64,000 nucleotides of DNA from Candidatus Bathyarchaeota archaeon. Its GTDB lineage: Archaea; Thermoproteota; Bathyarchaeia; Bathyarchaeales; Bathycorpusculaceae. Below, one piece after another: positions 43,594 through 53,582 of this stretch (positions are counted from its first letter, which is position 1; every line of letters starts with the position of its first letter). The notes under the pieces were generated by a model, which saw only the letters and a list, made by a program, of their open reading frames with translations, was not told the origin of the DNA and ran no database searches. The stretch spans positions 192,001 to 256,000 of the forward strand of contig CAVYES010000004.1 of assembly GCA_963767735.1 (NCBI GenBank), written 5' to 3'. Position numbers and translations under genes: made by a program.

Positions 43594-44214
43594 TTGACTT
43601 CAACCATTAAAGAGGAAAAAGAGCGAGTCGTTTCAAAAGGAGGTAATTCGTCTGTTCTCTATCTGCCAAGAGAATACTTCTCTCCAGGAGAGAGATTGAA
43701 CTCACAATTAGAGATAGATTCAGAAGGAAACCTAAGAATGGTCTTGACAAAAAGACTCTTCAATTTCTCATGCAATAACATAAAAGCTCTTGTTGAAGAC
43801 CATTTTAACGTAGAATATGATAAAATAGTAGCTGGCACAAAGGTTTTCAGCGCTACCCAAGGCGATCTAAGTCTAAATTGCACGAAAGCACCGCAAGAAT
43901 TAGAGCCGACATATGTTTCTCTCTCTCGACGCTTTGATCAAATTCAATCGGTAACGGATTATAGAATTCCGTCCAATATTTTGAAGAGATTGTTAGCCGA
44001 AAACTTTGACGCTTACATTGAACCCGAAGGCGATATGGAAGCAATACAAATTTTCAAAGACCCACAACGATACAAGCTAAAGAGCGAATGCGAAGCAATA
44101 GAGGCATTGAATGAAACTGGAAGGAAAATAGGCTTTTCCATCATCATTAGATTTAACAGTAAAAAGAACAACACAGAACAAATCAAAACAGCATTAAAGG
44201 AACTCAGCTCCTAA
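43594..44214 (+). CDS. Protein with AbrB-like N-terminus
   Basis: 'VVSKGGNSSVLYLP...F.PG'; GAGGT SD. Confidence 0.6.
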   Translation: MTSTIKEEKERVVSKGGNSSVLYLPREYFSPGERLNSQLEIDSEGNLRMVLTKRLFNFSCNNIKALVEDHFNVEYDKIVAGTKVFSATQGDLSLNCTKAPQELEPTYVSLSRRFDQIQSVTDYRIPSNILKRLLAENFDAYIEPEGDMEAIQIFKDPQRYKLKSECEAIEALNETGRKIGFSIIIRFNSKKNNTEQIKTALKELSS

Positions 44215-44765
44215 AGGCTAAGCTCTTGTTTGATCAATCCTGCAAGGCTTATGATAACTTTATCCATTACTGGTTTTCTGCTTAAACCTATTACGCTTGC
44301 TTCGATGATCTCTTTCTTCTTAACGCCACCTGTTCCACTCAGTTTAGAAACTAGGATACCGAAAATAGGAACGCCTATTCGCTGGAAGAAAAGTTGCCAG
44401 TCCCTTATCTCCTCTTTCCGGTCATCCCGGCACAAGATTAGGGCGAAGTGCGCTTTCTTTGCAATTTTTTCCGATTAAGCAGTTACCTTGCCTGGAGCGT
44501 CACCGATCATAACAGCATGAGATTTGGAGACCTCTTCAAACAACGCAGCTGCCTTATCCGCAAGCTCGGGCGTCCACTCTTTCTTTGCGCCAACTCGCTG
44601 CTTCCAACCTTTAACCCCTCTGATGAACTCGAGTGTTGGACTGGCTAAGTCCAAGTCCACAGCATAAGCGTCAACCCCAAGCTGGCGCAAACCTCTAGCC
44701 AGACTTTCGGCTAATGTGCTCTTCCCGGAATTAGGCGGACCGCCAATAATAATGCGAAATGCCAA
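44211..44765 (-). pseudogene. Small P-loop NTPase with an in-frame stop at 44475-44477
   Basis: GGPPNSGKST and 'IGDAPG'; ORFs 44475..44765 and 44211..44435 are in the same frame. Confidence 0.7.
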
Positions 44766-44978
44766 CCAATCGCCAAATCAGAATGATTCCATGAATATTA
44801 AAAACTTGCCTTGAACCCTGGTCCCGTCTCCAGAAGATTACCTTGCTAAGGAAACCAACAGAACATAACAAGACCTTGTTTAGCTCTAAACCTTTCAAAT
44901 GATTCAAGAATAGCTTTCCACCTTCAGCGCCATAGCGACTGATAAACATGAGCTCAGAAAATAAGATCTAAACTTGAG

Positions 44979-46136
44979 CTACTCATAGAGAGAGGGCAAG
45001 GGCTGGCTGTAAGGCGTTTCAGAAGGGGATTCTGTTTTGATCTGTTCCTGAACTTTTCCTGACAAAGCTTCTGTTAATTTCATGTTGGATTCAAGAACCT
45101 TCACAACCAAACCTTTAAGCTCCTGCATCTCAACAGATTTAGACGCTGCCAAGTTAGCGACAGAATTGAAGCGTTCTAACACAACCTCCAGAACCCTTCG
45201 GTACTCATTAGCCATTTCAGAAACCAGCCTACTCGCATTATCATCGTTCTTGGCGTCATTGATAATTTTTTGCTCGATAGCTCGAATACTCTGTTGGACG
45301 TTGAGAATCTTGCCGTTGATGGAGAATAAGGCTTTTCCCTGTTCACATTGAGCCTTCACTATCTCCGTTGTTGTCTGATGCCCCAGAACCTGGTCGAGAG
45401 TACCATTATTGAACATAGTCTCAAACTTAGTTACCGACATTTCCCTGTTTACTTTGTACTCTTTCCTTATCGTGGCATCGTCTTTCTGGTAAATCCTTTC
45501 AATCGTATCTTTCAAAACCTGCTTAGTGACACAGTGGATTTCCCCGTCAAGCCTCCCCGAGTAATCATTATTGAACTCAGCACTTGAAACCACTAGATCA
45601 TTTACCGAGCGACCGAGCCGTTTCTCTGCAATAGCGATCCACCTGTCAATAGCCATGAAACACAGCGCCTTAGTCATGCCGTGGTCATATGCGATGTATC
45701 CGCTGACCAGTTTACGTTGTTCCCCAAAACAAACGTAAATCTTGACGTCTTCCACGTTCTCGGTAGTGTTCCAACTCTCAATGTCTTCGTTGACTTTGAA
45801 GCGGAGTCTCAAATTGTGAACGCAAATCGGGTCAATCTTCACACCGTAGGTGATAGAGTCGCAGTATACTCCAGGGTAAGGCTGCTTGACCGAGCCCTCC
45901 GAGACCATTAACCTCAGAATGTTCCTGACTGTGCTTCGACTGATTGGTTTTTTGGTCTTACTTTCATTGATTTTTTGAGCTATTTCCTTCGGAGTGAGAA
46001 TTTGTTTTGCTTCCCTGAGTGCAGTTAAGATTCTGCGTTTCGTCGGTGAATGCTGATATAGACTGTCTAAACAGATGTCGGGCGCTTGGTCGATAGAGTC
46101 TGAGTTGTCGTTATGGGCAGCCACTAAAAGAAACAC
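44979..46136 (-). CDS. wHTH + coiled-coil protein at the element end (candidate replication/regulatory protein)
   Basis: 'RIL..L......TPKEIA....SRSTVR..L..M...G.V' wHTH; helical C-terminus. Confidence 0.6.
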   Translation of the reverse strand: MFLLVAAHNDNSDSIDQAPDICLDSLYQHSPTKRRILTALREAKQILTPKEIAQKINESKTKKPISRSTVRNILRLMVSEGSVKQPYPGVYCDSITYGVKIDPICVHNLRLRFKVNEDIESWNTTENVEDVKIYVCFGEQRKLVSGYIAYDHGMTKALCFMAIDRWIAIAEKRLGRSVNDLVVSSAEFNNDYSGRLDGEIHCVTKQVLKDTIERIYQKDDATIRKEYKVNREMSVTKFETMFNNGTLDQVLGHQTTTEIVKAQCEQGKALFSINGKILNVQQSIRAIEQKIINDAKNDDNASRLVSEMANEYRRVLEVVLERFNSVANLAASKSVEMQELKGLVVKVLESNMKLTEALSGKVQEQIKTESPSETPYSQPLPSLYE

Positions 46137-46405
46137 CCCTTTGCTTCCGCAACTTGGCGAGATTCAGCGCATAGAAAGTCAGGCCAACGAGAACAATTCA
46201 AGTAAAGAAATTCGCACCCACAGTCTCCGCAGAAATCACAAAAAACGGGAGAGGCTACGGATAATGTAAACAATGCAGCAAAAGCTATCTCATCGCGTTC
46301 ATTTTTCCCTGACTTTCGATGACTTCGGCTTGCAAAAAAAGAAAAAGGGAAGTTGCGTTTTGCTGGGAGAAAACTTGATGGTGACATCACCACCCGATAT
46401 GAATG

Positions 46406-46425
46406 CCGTGCTAGGCTACGAGCCC
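46406..46425 (-). repeat. att repeat = first 20 nt of tRNA-Arg
   Basis: Identical to 14626-14645. Confidence 0.92.
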
Positions 46426-46516
46426 ACATTTTACAAGTCAATAATGCAGTGGCATTAAAGATTTACGACAATTCTTATAAAGCAACATAATATTAAACTT
46501 GTGTCACCACAAACGT

Positions 46517-46594
46517 GGACCGGTAGCTCAGCACGGCTAGAGCGTTCGACTGATAATCGAAAGATCGCCGGTTCAAATCCGGCTCGGTCCACCA
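46517..46594 (+). tRNA. tRNA-Ile(GAT), CCA encoded
   Basis: GGACCGG...TCGGTCC ACCA; anticodon arm TTCGA-CTGATAA-TCGAA. Confidence 0.97.
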
Positions 46595-46596
46595 TC

Positions 46597-47763
46597 TTAA
46601 TCCTGATTATCTTCTTTCTTCTTTTTAGGGGTCTTAATTTTCACGGTGACTTCCACTGAGCCCTCGTTAGGCTCTTCAGGCTCCACCGCTTCCGTCTTTT
46701 TCACCGTTAACTGTTCGGTTTCAACGGTTTTTTCTGGGGGTTTCTCTTCTTCTGCTGGTATTTGAATTGCCGTTTTCTCCGCTGCTTTTTGGGTTTGGGG
46801 CTTTTCGATGAGTCTATCGGTGTGTTCAATAACATTTCCTTTTGTTGCTTGCTCTATTCTTTTGCCTGCTATTTCTAGTTGTTTCACTATTTTTTCTGCT
46901 GTTGGGGGTAAATGTTCTCTTGAGTGTTTCGGAGAGGTTGTAGCGTAAGTCTTCGAAACTTCTGCTCCGTACAGCATAATTTGGTTTAGGATAAAGATCC
47001 ATAGTAAAATAATCATCAGTGAGCCTGCAGCTCCAATGATTGTGGTGACCGTGAAGGTTTCAACGTATGTGCCAATGACATAGTTGGTCACAGTGAATGC
47101 TACCCCTGCAACAACTGCACCTAAGATGCTGTCTCTCCAATGAACTTTGGCGTCGGGAATCAATTTGTAAGCAATGGCAAAAAGCAGCGTCGATAAAGCG
47201 AACAATAGCAGAATTCGGGCTATTGCGACGGTAATTAAAGTCAAAGTTTCATTAACCGAGAAAAATTTTATTGCTCCAAAAAGAAAAGTTGCTATTCCCG
47301 TCCAAGCTATCACGATTAATCCAAGAATAGAGATAACGATAAAAGGCCCAATTCTTCGTCTAACCATTCTCGCGAGACTTTGGGTTTTTGGCGATTTAAC
47401 TTCCCATATGGCGTCCATTGTGTCGCGCCAAACTGTAAAAGCTCCGATTGCCCCGCCCAATGAAAAACCAATTGTTGTGACGGCAACCCAAAGGGATGTG
47501 AAGGGCGACATTGAACTTGCAAGTAGTTGATTGAACAATCCTGAAACGGCTGGCCCTGCGAGCGCAGTTATTTGCGAAATCAAAATGTGTGTCGCTTGAG
47601 TATGACCATAAAACGGCGACAAAATACCTATTATTATCAGTAAGAGGGACGGCAAGGGTAGAATTATGAAGAATGTTAATGCCGCACCTCGGATGGGAGC
47701 ATTGTTGGCTTGCCAGTTTTTGAATGAAGCCTTGAATAATTGAAAAACCTGTTTTCGATTCAT
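46597..47763 (-). CDS. YihY/BrkB family membrane protein
   Basis: 'GAAL.FF..L.LP', 'YK.IPD..V.W', 'GA.GS....LLW....NQI.LYGAE'. Confidence 0.9.
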   Translation of the reverse strand: MNRKQVFQLFKASFKNWQANNAPIRGAALTFFIILPLPSLLLIIIGILSPFYGHTQATHILISQITALAGPAVSGLFNQLLASSMSPFTSLWVAVTTIGFSLGGAIGAFTVWRDTMDAIWEVKSPKTQSLARMVRRRIGPFIVISILGLIVIAWTGIATFLFGAIKFFSVNETLTLITVAIARILLLFALSTLLFAIAYKLIPDAKVHWRDSILGAVVAGVAFTVTNYVIGTYVETFTVTTIIGAAGSLMIILLWIFILNQIMLYGAEVSKTYATTSPKHSREHLPPTAEKIVKQLEIAGKRIEQATKGNVIEHTDRLIEKPQTQKAAEKTAIQIPAEEEKPPEKTVETEQLTVKKTEAVEPEEPNEGSVEVTVKIKTPKKKKEDNQD

Positions 47764-48013
47764 AAGTTAACCTAAAATTTATGCTTGCAAGCTTAATTAT
47801 AGTTTTTTTCAATATTTAAAGTTCACATATCTTTATGCGAAGTAAACAGCGTTATCACCTTAAGTTCAAGGTATTCAGGTAACCAAAATCTTAATTTCAT
47901 TTTTGCGATTAATTGCCGCTAAGAGTTTTTGACAGCGAAAATTGGAACGGTGGAGTATCGGTTAATTTCGACTTAATGCGCTATGCTATTAAGCGAGGAA
48001 AAGAAAGCTTAGA

Positions 48014-49024
48014 TTGAAAAGTATGGCGCAGCCGTCTCCTGAAGCAATTTGGAACTTAAACGCAAAAGACTTCTTAAGCTTACTTGAATCGGGCTTCTTT
48101 ACTCCTAAGCAAAAAGAAATCCGTTTTTACGCTCCAAGCTTCACCTACTACAAAACAAAATATTACTGCTCATCGCCAAACAGTTTTCCAACAATTTCCG
48201 TCACTGGAACATCCTGCGCATTGAACTGTAAACATTGCGGGGGCAAATTGCTTGAAACCATGCGTCCCGTGCTCTCGCCTAAGGAACTCTTTGAGTTATG
48301 TTCAAAGCTGAAACAAGACGGCGCTCAAGGTTGCCTCGTCAGCGGCGGATGCTTGCCTGATGGCTCTGTGCCTCTTAACCAGTTCACGCCTGCACTTAAG
48401 CGAATTAAGCGGGAGCTCGGCTTGACAGTTTTCGTTCATACGGGCATAATAAATCTTGAAACTGCCGTTTCGCTGAAGGACGCTGAAGTAGATGCAGCAT
48501 TAATTGATGTTCTTGGTTCAAAAGAAACAATAAAGAAAACCTACAACCTCAACGTAACTCCGCAAGATTATGCGGACTCATTGATGGCTTTGGACAAATC
48601 AGGATTAAATTTTGTGCCTCACGTCATCGTTGGATTAAACGAGGGCAAATTAGACGGCGAATTAGAAGCACTCCGAATGATAAGCAGAGTTAAGCCTTCC
48701 GCATTAGTGGTAATAGCTTTCATGCCTATCCAAGGAACCGCCATGGCAAAAACATCGCCTCCCAAACCAGTTGACATAGCCAAAGTGGCATCGGTGGCGC
48801 GGTTGATATTTCCAAAAACCCCGTTGATTTTGGGTTGCATGAGACCTAAAGGTGCAATACGCGGCGAAACAGACGTTTTAGCGTTGAAAGCTGGGGTGGA
48901 TGCAGTTGCTTTTCCCACTGAAGATGCCTTAAAATATGCGGAAAGTAAAGGCTTCTCCGCTTCTTTTTCTTCTTATTGTTGCGCTCAAATGTACCTGGAT
49001 GCTACTGGAAAAATTGAAGAGTAA
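48014..49024 (+). CDS. Radical SAM protein, LipS1-type lipoyl synthase subunit-like
   Basis: CALNCKHC plus C-terminal GCMR and CC motifs described for archaeal LipS1. Confidence 0.75.
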   Translation: MKSMAQPSPEAIWNLNAKDFLSLLESGFFTPKQKEIRFYAPSFTYYKTKYYCSSPNSFPTISVTGTSCALNCKHCGGKLLETMRPVLSPKELFELCSKLKQDGAQGCLVSGGCLPDGSVPLNQFTPALKRIKRELGLTVFVHTGIINLETAVSLKDAEVDAALIDVLGSKETIKKTYNLNVTPQDYADSLMALDKSGLNFVPHVIVGLNEGKLDGELEALRMISRVKPSALVVIAFMPIQGTAMAKTSPPKPVDIAKVASVARLIFPKTPLILGCMRPKGAIRGETDVLALKAGVDAVAFPTEDALKYAESKGFSASFSSYCCAQMYLDATGKIEE

Positions 49025-49031
49025 TCAATTT

Positions 49032-49697
49032 TTAGCTTGATTTTAACATTTTGTAGCAAAGTATGATGGTCCACGCTGAAACAATGAGTCCTGACACGAA
49101 TTCTGGAATAGCCACATTTGGAACATACTTTAATGCAAACAATAGTATCCACGGCAGTGCTGCAGCAACCCCGGTTGAAACCGTTAAAATGGCCATTCTT
49201 TCCCGATGCGCAAGCAGAAAAGCGCAGGCTATAAAGAACATTGATATGGGCATAAGCGTAAAGAACGCAACGGAAACTGCATAGTGCGTCCCAGAGTAAT
49301 TCTCATTAAAAACGCCGATAGCGATAAGCGCAATCGTTGCAGCTGCAAAAACTGCTACTCCAATTTTGCTAACCCAAGTTTTTCCAAGGTAAGCATTCAA
49401 ACCGAAGACTGCAAAGGTTAACCCTAAAACCCCGCTTGCACATAGCCCGAAGTTGAAGACTGGTCCAGTTATACCCCCTATTACGCCTAAATCGCTTAAG
49501 GCATTGCTTGTCCAGCTGAAGGAGGAGTATGATGCGATGGCTATCAAAATGCAGGTAAACGCAAGTATGGGCGCAAATATCCCTGTAACAGCTCCGAACC
49601 TTTGTTTTCTCGTGTTTCCATACTTTGATAAACCATTGATTTCCATGCAACCCAAATGGCAATAAGTTGCTTTAAGAATTTGTGTTCTCAAAAGCAA
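49032..49697 (-). CDS. DUF998 family membrane protein
   Basis: 'FSW..NALSDLG', 'IGVF.E....H..V..AFF'. Confidence 0.8.
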   Translation of the reverse strand: MLLRTQILKATYCHLGCMEINGLSKYGNTRKQRFGAVTGIFAPILAFTCILIAIASYSSFSWTSNALSDLGVIGGITGPVFNFGLCASGVLGLTFAVFGLNAYLGKTWVSKIGVAVFAAATIALIAIGVFNENYSGTHYAVSVAFFTLMPISMFFIACAFLLAHRERMAILTVSTGVAAALPWILLFALKYVPNVAIPEFVSGLIVSAWTIILCYKMLKSS

Positions 49698-49848
49698 GCT
49701 GCCTAAACCCCTTAAGTAAACGAGCGAACAGTAAAAGGAAGAATGTTACTCATGGGCTGCGGTAAATCAAGAATTTATGGGTTTGTTCAATAACTCCATA
49801 AGTGAAAAGCGAAAGGTTAATGAGGGAAAGTTGATGTGTATTGCTGGG

Positions 49849-49967
49849 TTTGCCGGTCAAAGGGCACGGGTTCCACCTGATCCCATTCCGAACTCAGAAG
49901 TTAAACCGTGTTCCGTTTCCAGCTGTAGTGTGGTCTTAGGCCATGCGAACCTGGGAAAGCTGGCAGC
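49849..49967 (+). rRNA. rrf: 5S rRNA (stand-alone)
   Basis: CACCTGATCCCATTCCGAACTCAGAAGTTAAAC core; terminal helix TGCCGGT/GCTGGCA. Confidence 0.93.
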
Positions 49968-50050
49968 CCATTTACTCCTAAAAAAATGTGGGTAGATTTG
50001 GCATAGCTTTATAACTAACCGTTAATAGTTTTTTGGAAGTGGTGTAAAGA

Positions 50051-51154
50051 TTGAGTCTTCTTTCAGGTAACGATGCACTTCTGCAGGTATTGAGCCTGGC
50101 TTCATACGGGTTCTTTATAGTTCTGATTTTCTACGGTCAAAGAATTCAAATGTACGTTATGATCCGAGAAGTAGAAAACTCCCTGCATAAATTAAAGTTC
50201 ATAAAAGAGGAAGGGCGGAAAAACGCCATTGATGCCATAAAAGAAATTGGCAAGCCAACAGTTGACCCTACGACTCGTGTTGACCGCTATTTAGAGTATT
50301 TTACTATCGGTCCGCAGAGCATGGATCCAGCAGGCATAGTTTACAAGCTTGATCATATCCTTGATGTTAGAGATACAAGATTGAAAGACGAAGTTAAGCT
50401 GATGGCGCCGGGATGCGATGACGTCCAAGTGAACAATTTAGAAAACACTTTGGAAGCCGCGATGGCGTTGAACTTCATCTACAAAGTGGTGAGGCACTAC
50501 TACATTCAAGGCAAAAAAACTCTCAGTCTCTATGTAATAATGCAAATTCAAATGATATTGCCCATGGTTATGAAAGAAGCCGAAGCATACGCAAGCGCTC
50601 TAAAAGCCTTCGCTTACGGACAACCAATCGGCGACGGCGCAGGACCATTAGTGGCAGCTAAATTAATGCATGGCTACGAAATCCGCAAATTACCCAAAGA
50701 CTGTGTTATGGCTACAGTCCCAATTGAAGGACGAACTGGTTTAATCATAAAGGCTGAAGGTCCAGGCGGAAACGTTGGCAAACCAGGCGATGCGGTCGAA
50801 GCCGTCATTGAAGAAAACGAGGGCAAAATTGCCAACGTAATAATGATTGACGCAGGGTTAAAACTTGAAGGCGAAACATTAGGCGAAGTCGCAGACGGAA
50901 TCGGCGCAGCAATCGGTGGACCAGGCGTAGACCAATTCAAGATTGAAGCAAAACTCACAAAATACCATATCCCGATAAACGCAATAATAGTCAAAGAGGA
51001 CATTGGCGATGCAGTATCACCACTGCGCAAAGAAATCAACGATGCAGTTGACAAAGTCATTGAACGAGTCAAAGCCATCATCTTGGAGCAAACCAAAGAA
51101 GGCGACAAAATAATAATAGTGGGCGTCGGCAACTCCATCGGAGTTGGACAATAG
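50051..51154 (+). CDS. DUF1512 family protein
   Basis: 'PIGDGAGPLVA', 'KAEGPGG.VG.PG', 'IDA.LKLEGE', 'GVGNSIGVGQ'. Confidence 0.9.
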   Translation: MSLLSGNDALLQVLSLASYGFFIVLIFYGQRIQMYVMIREVENSLHKLKFIKEEGRKNAIDAIKEIGKPTVDPTTRVDRYLEYFTIGPQSMDPAGIVYKLDHILDVRDTRLKDEVKLMAPGCDDVQVNNLENTLEAAMALNFIYKVVRHYYIQGKKTLSLYVIMQIQMILPMVMKEAEAYASALKAFAYGQPIGDGAGPLVAAKLMHGYEIRKLPKDCVMATVPIEGRTGLIIKAEGPGGNVGKPGDAVEAVIEENEGKIANVIMIDAGLKLEGETLGEVADGIGAAIGGPGVDQFKIEAKLTKYHIPINAIIVKEDIGDAVSPLRKEINDAVDKVIERVKAIILEQTKEGDKIIIVGVGNSIGVGQ

Positions 51155-51165
51155 GAGGATAAAAA

Positions 51166-51591
51166 ATGACACAAAATCCAACATCAGCGGCAAACAAAAA
51201 AATCTCAAACTACATCATGACGATAGTCGTAATTGTTCTAGTGCTTTCCATAGTTTCCATAATATTAGCCGTCATCGTCGCCTCAAGCGGTGGTCCCCAA
51301 GCAGATTTGACAGCGGGTTTCCTAGCGGTAATTGGTGTAATTGCGGTAACCATGTCAATGTTCACACTGTACCAGTCACGGAGACAAGCAGCACAAATGA
51401 AAATCGAAGTACCTAAAGTAATGACAACCATCGAGTGCAAGAAATGTGGAACCAAAACCATGCGGGAATTCCAACGCGGCGATTATGTCTATAAAGACCT
51501 TGAAGCATGCCCCAAATGCCCCGACACAAAACAGGTAATAACTGCGGTTTACAAGGAAATCAAAGAGAAAGAAAAAACATACAACGTCTAA
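51166..51591 (+). CDS. Two-TM protein with C-terminal Zn ribbon
   Basis: CKKC...REFQRGDYV...CPKC. Confidence 0.8.
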   Translation: MTQNPTSAANKKISNYIMTIVVIVLVLSIVSIILAVIVASSGGPQADLTAGFLAVIGVIAVTMSMFTLYQSRRQAAQMKIEVPKVMTTIECKKCGTKTMREFQRGDYVYKDLEACPKCPDTKQVITAVYKEIKEKEKTYNV

Positions 51592-52490
51592 GTTAAAACT
51601 TCGCAGCCATCATCCTTTAACAGCACCGTGTGCTCAGCTTGGGCAACGGGTTTTTTGCTCACTTCAACAAATACCGGATAACTCATAATAGCTTTTGACG
51701 CCAGCAACTCCTTGAATGCCGGTTTATGCTGTTCTTTAGGAACCACGCCTGTTAGCCATCTTTCAGCAAAAGGCAAAGTTCTAAAATTAGACTCAATGTA
51801 CTTGAGCAGTATTTTGGCAGATTCGTTTTTTACTGATTTTGCTTTAAGTAAACGATAAATGGTTGTTTGCGGGCTATCATCAACGCGGCCAACTGCGTCA
51901 GGCAACGTGACGAATGGTTCAATGGCGTAAACTTCTCCCGTTTTCACTTTCGTGAGCGACACTTGAGACACGTTAGGTATGGATGTTCCCGCATGAATCA
52001 GGTATCTTCCAACTGAGTGACCTGTAAGGTTGCTGATGGGTTTAAAACCGCGGTTTTTTATCGTGGTCTCAACTAAGCTTCCGATTTTGCCCAGCGACAT
52101 GTCGCCATGAATGTTTTCTATCACGGTTTTCAAAGCTTGTTCAGCAGTGTTTGCCATGCTTCTGCCTTCTGGATTGAAAGAGGCCGTGAATGCGGTGTCG
52201 GTGACGTAGCCGTCAACATGAACGCCAAGGTCCACTTTAACCGTTGACCCTTCAGGTATCCTCAACGTATCATTTGGGGGCGAAGTGTAATGTGCAGCTA
52301 CTTCGTTGATGCTGACATTGCAGGGGAAAGCTGGTTTGCCGCCTTTCGCTCGGATTAATCCTTCGGTTTTCTCACATACGTCGATAACTGGCATGTTTTC
52401 TTTGACATATGTTTTCATTTCTTCTCTTGTTTCACGCAGGATCCGTCCCGACTGGCGGAATTTTTCAAGTTCTTCTCTGTCATAAGGCAT
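51588..52490 (-). CDS. map: Methionine aminopeptidase type II
   Basis: 'AFPCN.S.NE.AAHY', 'DLGVHVDGY..DTA', 'NLTGH', 'AIEPF', 'QAEHT'. Confidence 0.97.
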   Translation of the reverse strand: MPYDREELEKFRQSGRILRETREEMKTYVKENMPVIDVCEKTEGLIRAKGGKPAFPCNVSINEVAAHYTSPPNDTLRIPEGSTVKVDLGVHVDGYVTDTAFTASFNPEGRSMANTAEQALKTVIENIHGDMSLGKIGSLVETTIKNRGFKPISNLTGHSVGRYLIHAGTSIPNVSQVSLTKVKTGEVYAIEPFVTLPDAVGRVDDSPQTTIYRLLKAKSVKNESAKILLKYIESNFRTLPFAERWLTGVVPKEQHKPAFKELLASKAIMSYPVFVEVSKKPVAQAEHTVLLKDDGCEVLT

Positions 52491-52608
52491 AGCAAACCAC
52501 TACATATACGAAGTTGGATAATGTGCTGCATGCTTAAATGCATAACCACGCAACTGCTTTTTGCGTCCAATTTGCTGATGGCTAAAAACCCAAAAGCAAT
52601 TGCTAGCC

Positions 52609-53466
52609 CTACGTTGGTGTAATCGTACTTACCTGGCTGGCTCCTTTACGCCGCATTGCCAAAGCCAAGGCAACCGCCAAAACGGCAATCACAACAGCCA
52701 TAATTAGTACAGCGATTTGTTGCCAGTTAAATTTGAGCACGCCCCCTATTGAGCTTACTTGGATTGGGGTTGCTGTTGGGTTCTGGAATGGTGAAGGGGT
52801 CGAGGTTGAATTGGACTGCGTTGAGGTATAAGATGTTGGTGACGGCGTTGGGGTGTAGCCTGTTGGTGACGACGTTGACGTTGAGACCGCTCCTTTGGGG
52901 ATGGTTATTGTTTCCGTGTTGCTCCAGGCGCTTTCGCCAAGCGTAACAACGTTAGCCGTGAAACATTCGCCTTCGTTATAGTAGGTGTAACCTATGAATG
53001 CTTGTACTTGAAAATCGACTTGACCTCCCGACGGAATCCCCCAACTTGCTATGTCAAAGGATACCACCGTGTCAGGGGAGGTGGAAACTAAAATGCCGCC
53101 CTGGCCATAACTGCCTAAGTCAGTGTCACTGGTAAACTGTTCAAAGTGTCCCTTGCAACGAATGTTATAGTATAATTGGCTAGTGTTACCTGAAGAATCT
53201 ATGAAGGGCGTGAACGGTTGGTTCTGAATCGTAACCACAATCGTTTGGTTATCTACGTAGCTCCCAGGGCTGGTTTCAGTGGTCTGTCCAGTGTAAGGGT
53301 TCGTTGTGTAAGTCGGAGCTGTAGTGTAGGAGCTGTTGACGTACTGCAGAGTGAACTGCGGCACAGACGGTGCAGAAGCCTGAGCATATGCCAAATTAGT
53401 TGTTAGGGTAACAGATACAGTTAACACCAAAACAAGAATTAATTGGAATTTCTTCGCGGGTTCCAT
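52609..53466 (-). CDS. Secreted surface protein with S/T/P linker and C-terminal TM anchor
   Basis: Signal peptide from MEPAKK, 'PSVPQFTL..YYNIR.K.H..VDFQV.A', PT linker, TM helix. Confidence 0.8.
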   Translation of the reverse strand: MEPAKKFQLILVLVLTVSVTLTTNLAYAQASAPSVPQFTLQYVNSSYTTAPTYTTNPYTGQTTETSPGSYVDNQTIVVTIQNQPFTPFIDSSGNTSQLYYNIRCKGHFEQFTSDTDLGSYGQGGILVSTSPDTVVSFDIASWGIPSGGQVDFQVQAFIGYTYYNEGECFTANVVTLGESAWSNTETITIPKGAVSTSTSSPTGYTPTPSPTSYTSTQSNSTSTPSPFQNPTATPIQVSSIGGVLKFNWQQIAVLIMAVVIAVLAVALALAMRRKGASQVSTITPT

Positions 53467-53500
53467 ACTCCACCATTGTTGGCAAATGAATAAAAAGGTA

Positions 53501-53547
53501 TTAGTCAAGATTCCTTGACTAAATTCAAGTCAATTTTTCTTGACTAA
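53501..53547. promoter_or_regulatory. Two tandem 22-bp palindromic operators between divergent promoters
   Basis: TTAGTCAAG-ATTC-CTTGACTAA (53501-53522) and CAAGTCAA-TTTTTC-TTGACTAA (53526-53547), each next to a TTTTTAT box. Confidence 0.75.
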
Positions 53548-53582
53548 CACGTTTTTATCTAAATGCATCCTCTAATAGGTTC

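Larger units (their letters stand above)
14626..46425. mobile_element. ~31.8 kb integrative element / defence island in tRNA-Arg
   Basis: Perfect 20-bp direct repeat CCGTGCTAGGCTACGAGCCC at 14626-14645 and 46406-46425; adjacent tyrosine integrase; core genes resume after the right repeat. Confidence 0.9.

Noticed and set aside
44475-44477. Stop-codon recoding (Sec/Pyl)
   Set aside because: The codon is TAA, most simply a GAA>TAA change.
14626-46425. Provirus or conjugative element
   Set aside because: No recognisable capsid, terminase, portal, packaging ATPase, VirB4 or relaxase genes.
49777-49995. 72-aa ORF
   Set aside because: It overlaps the 5S rRNA gene.
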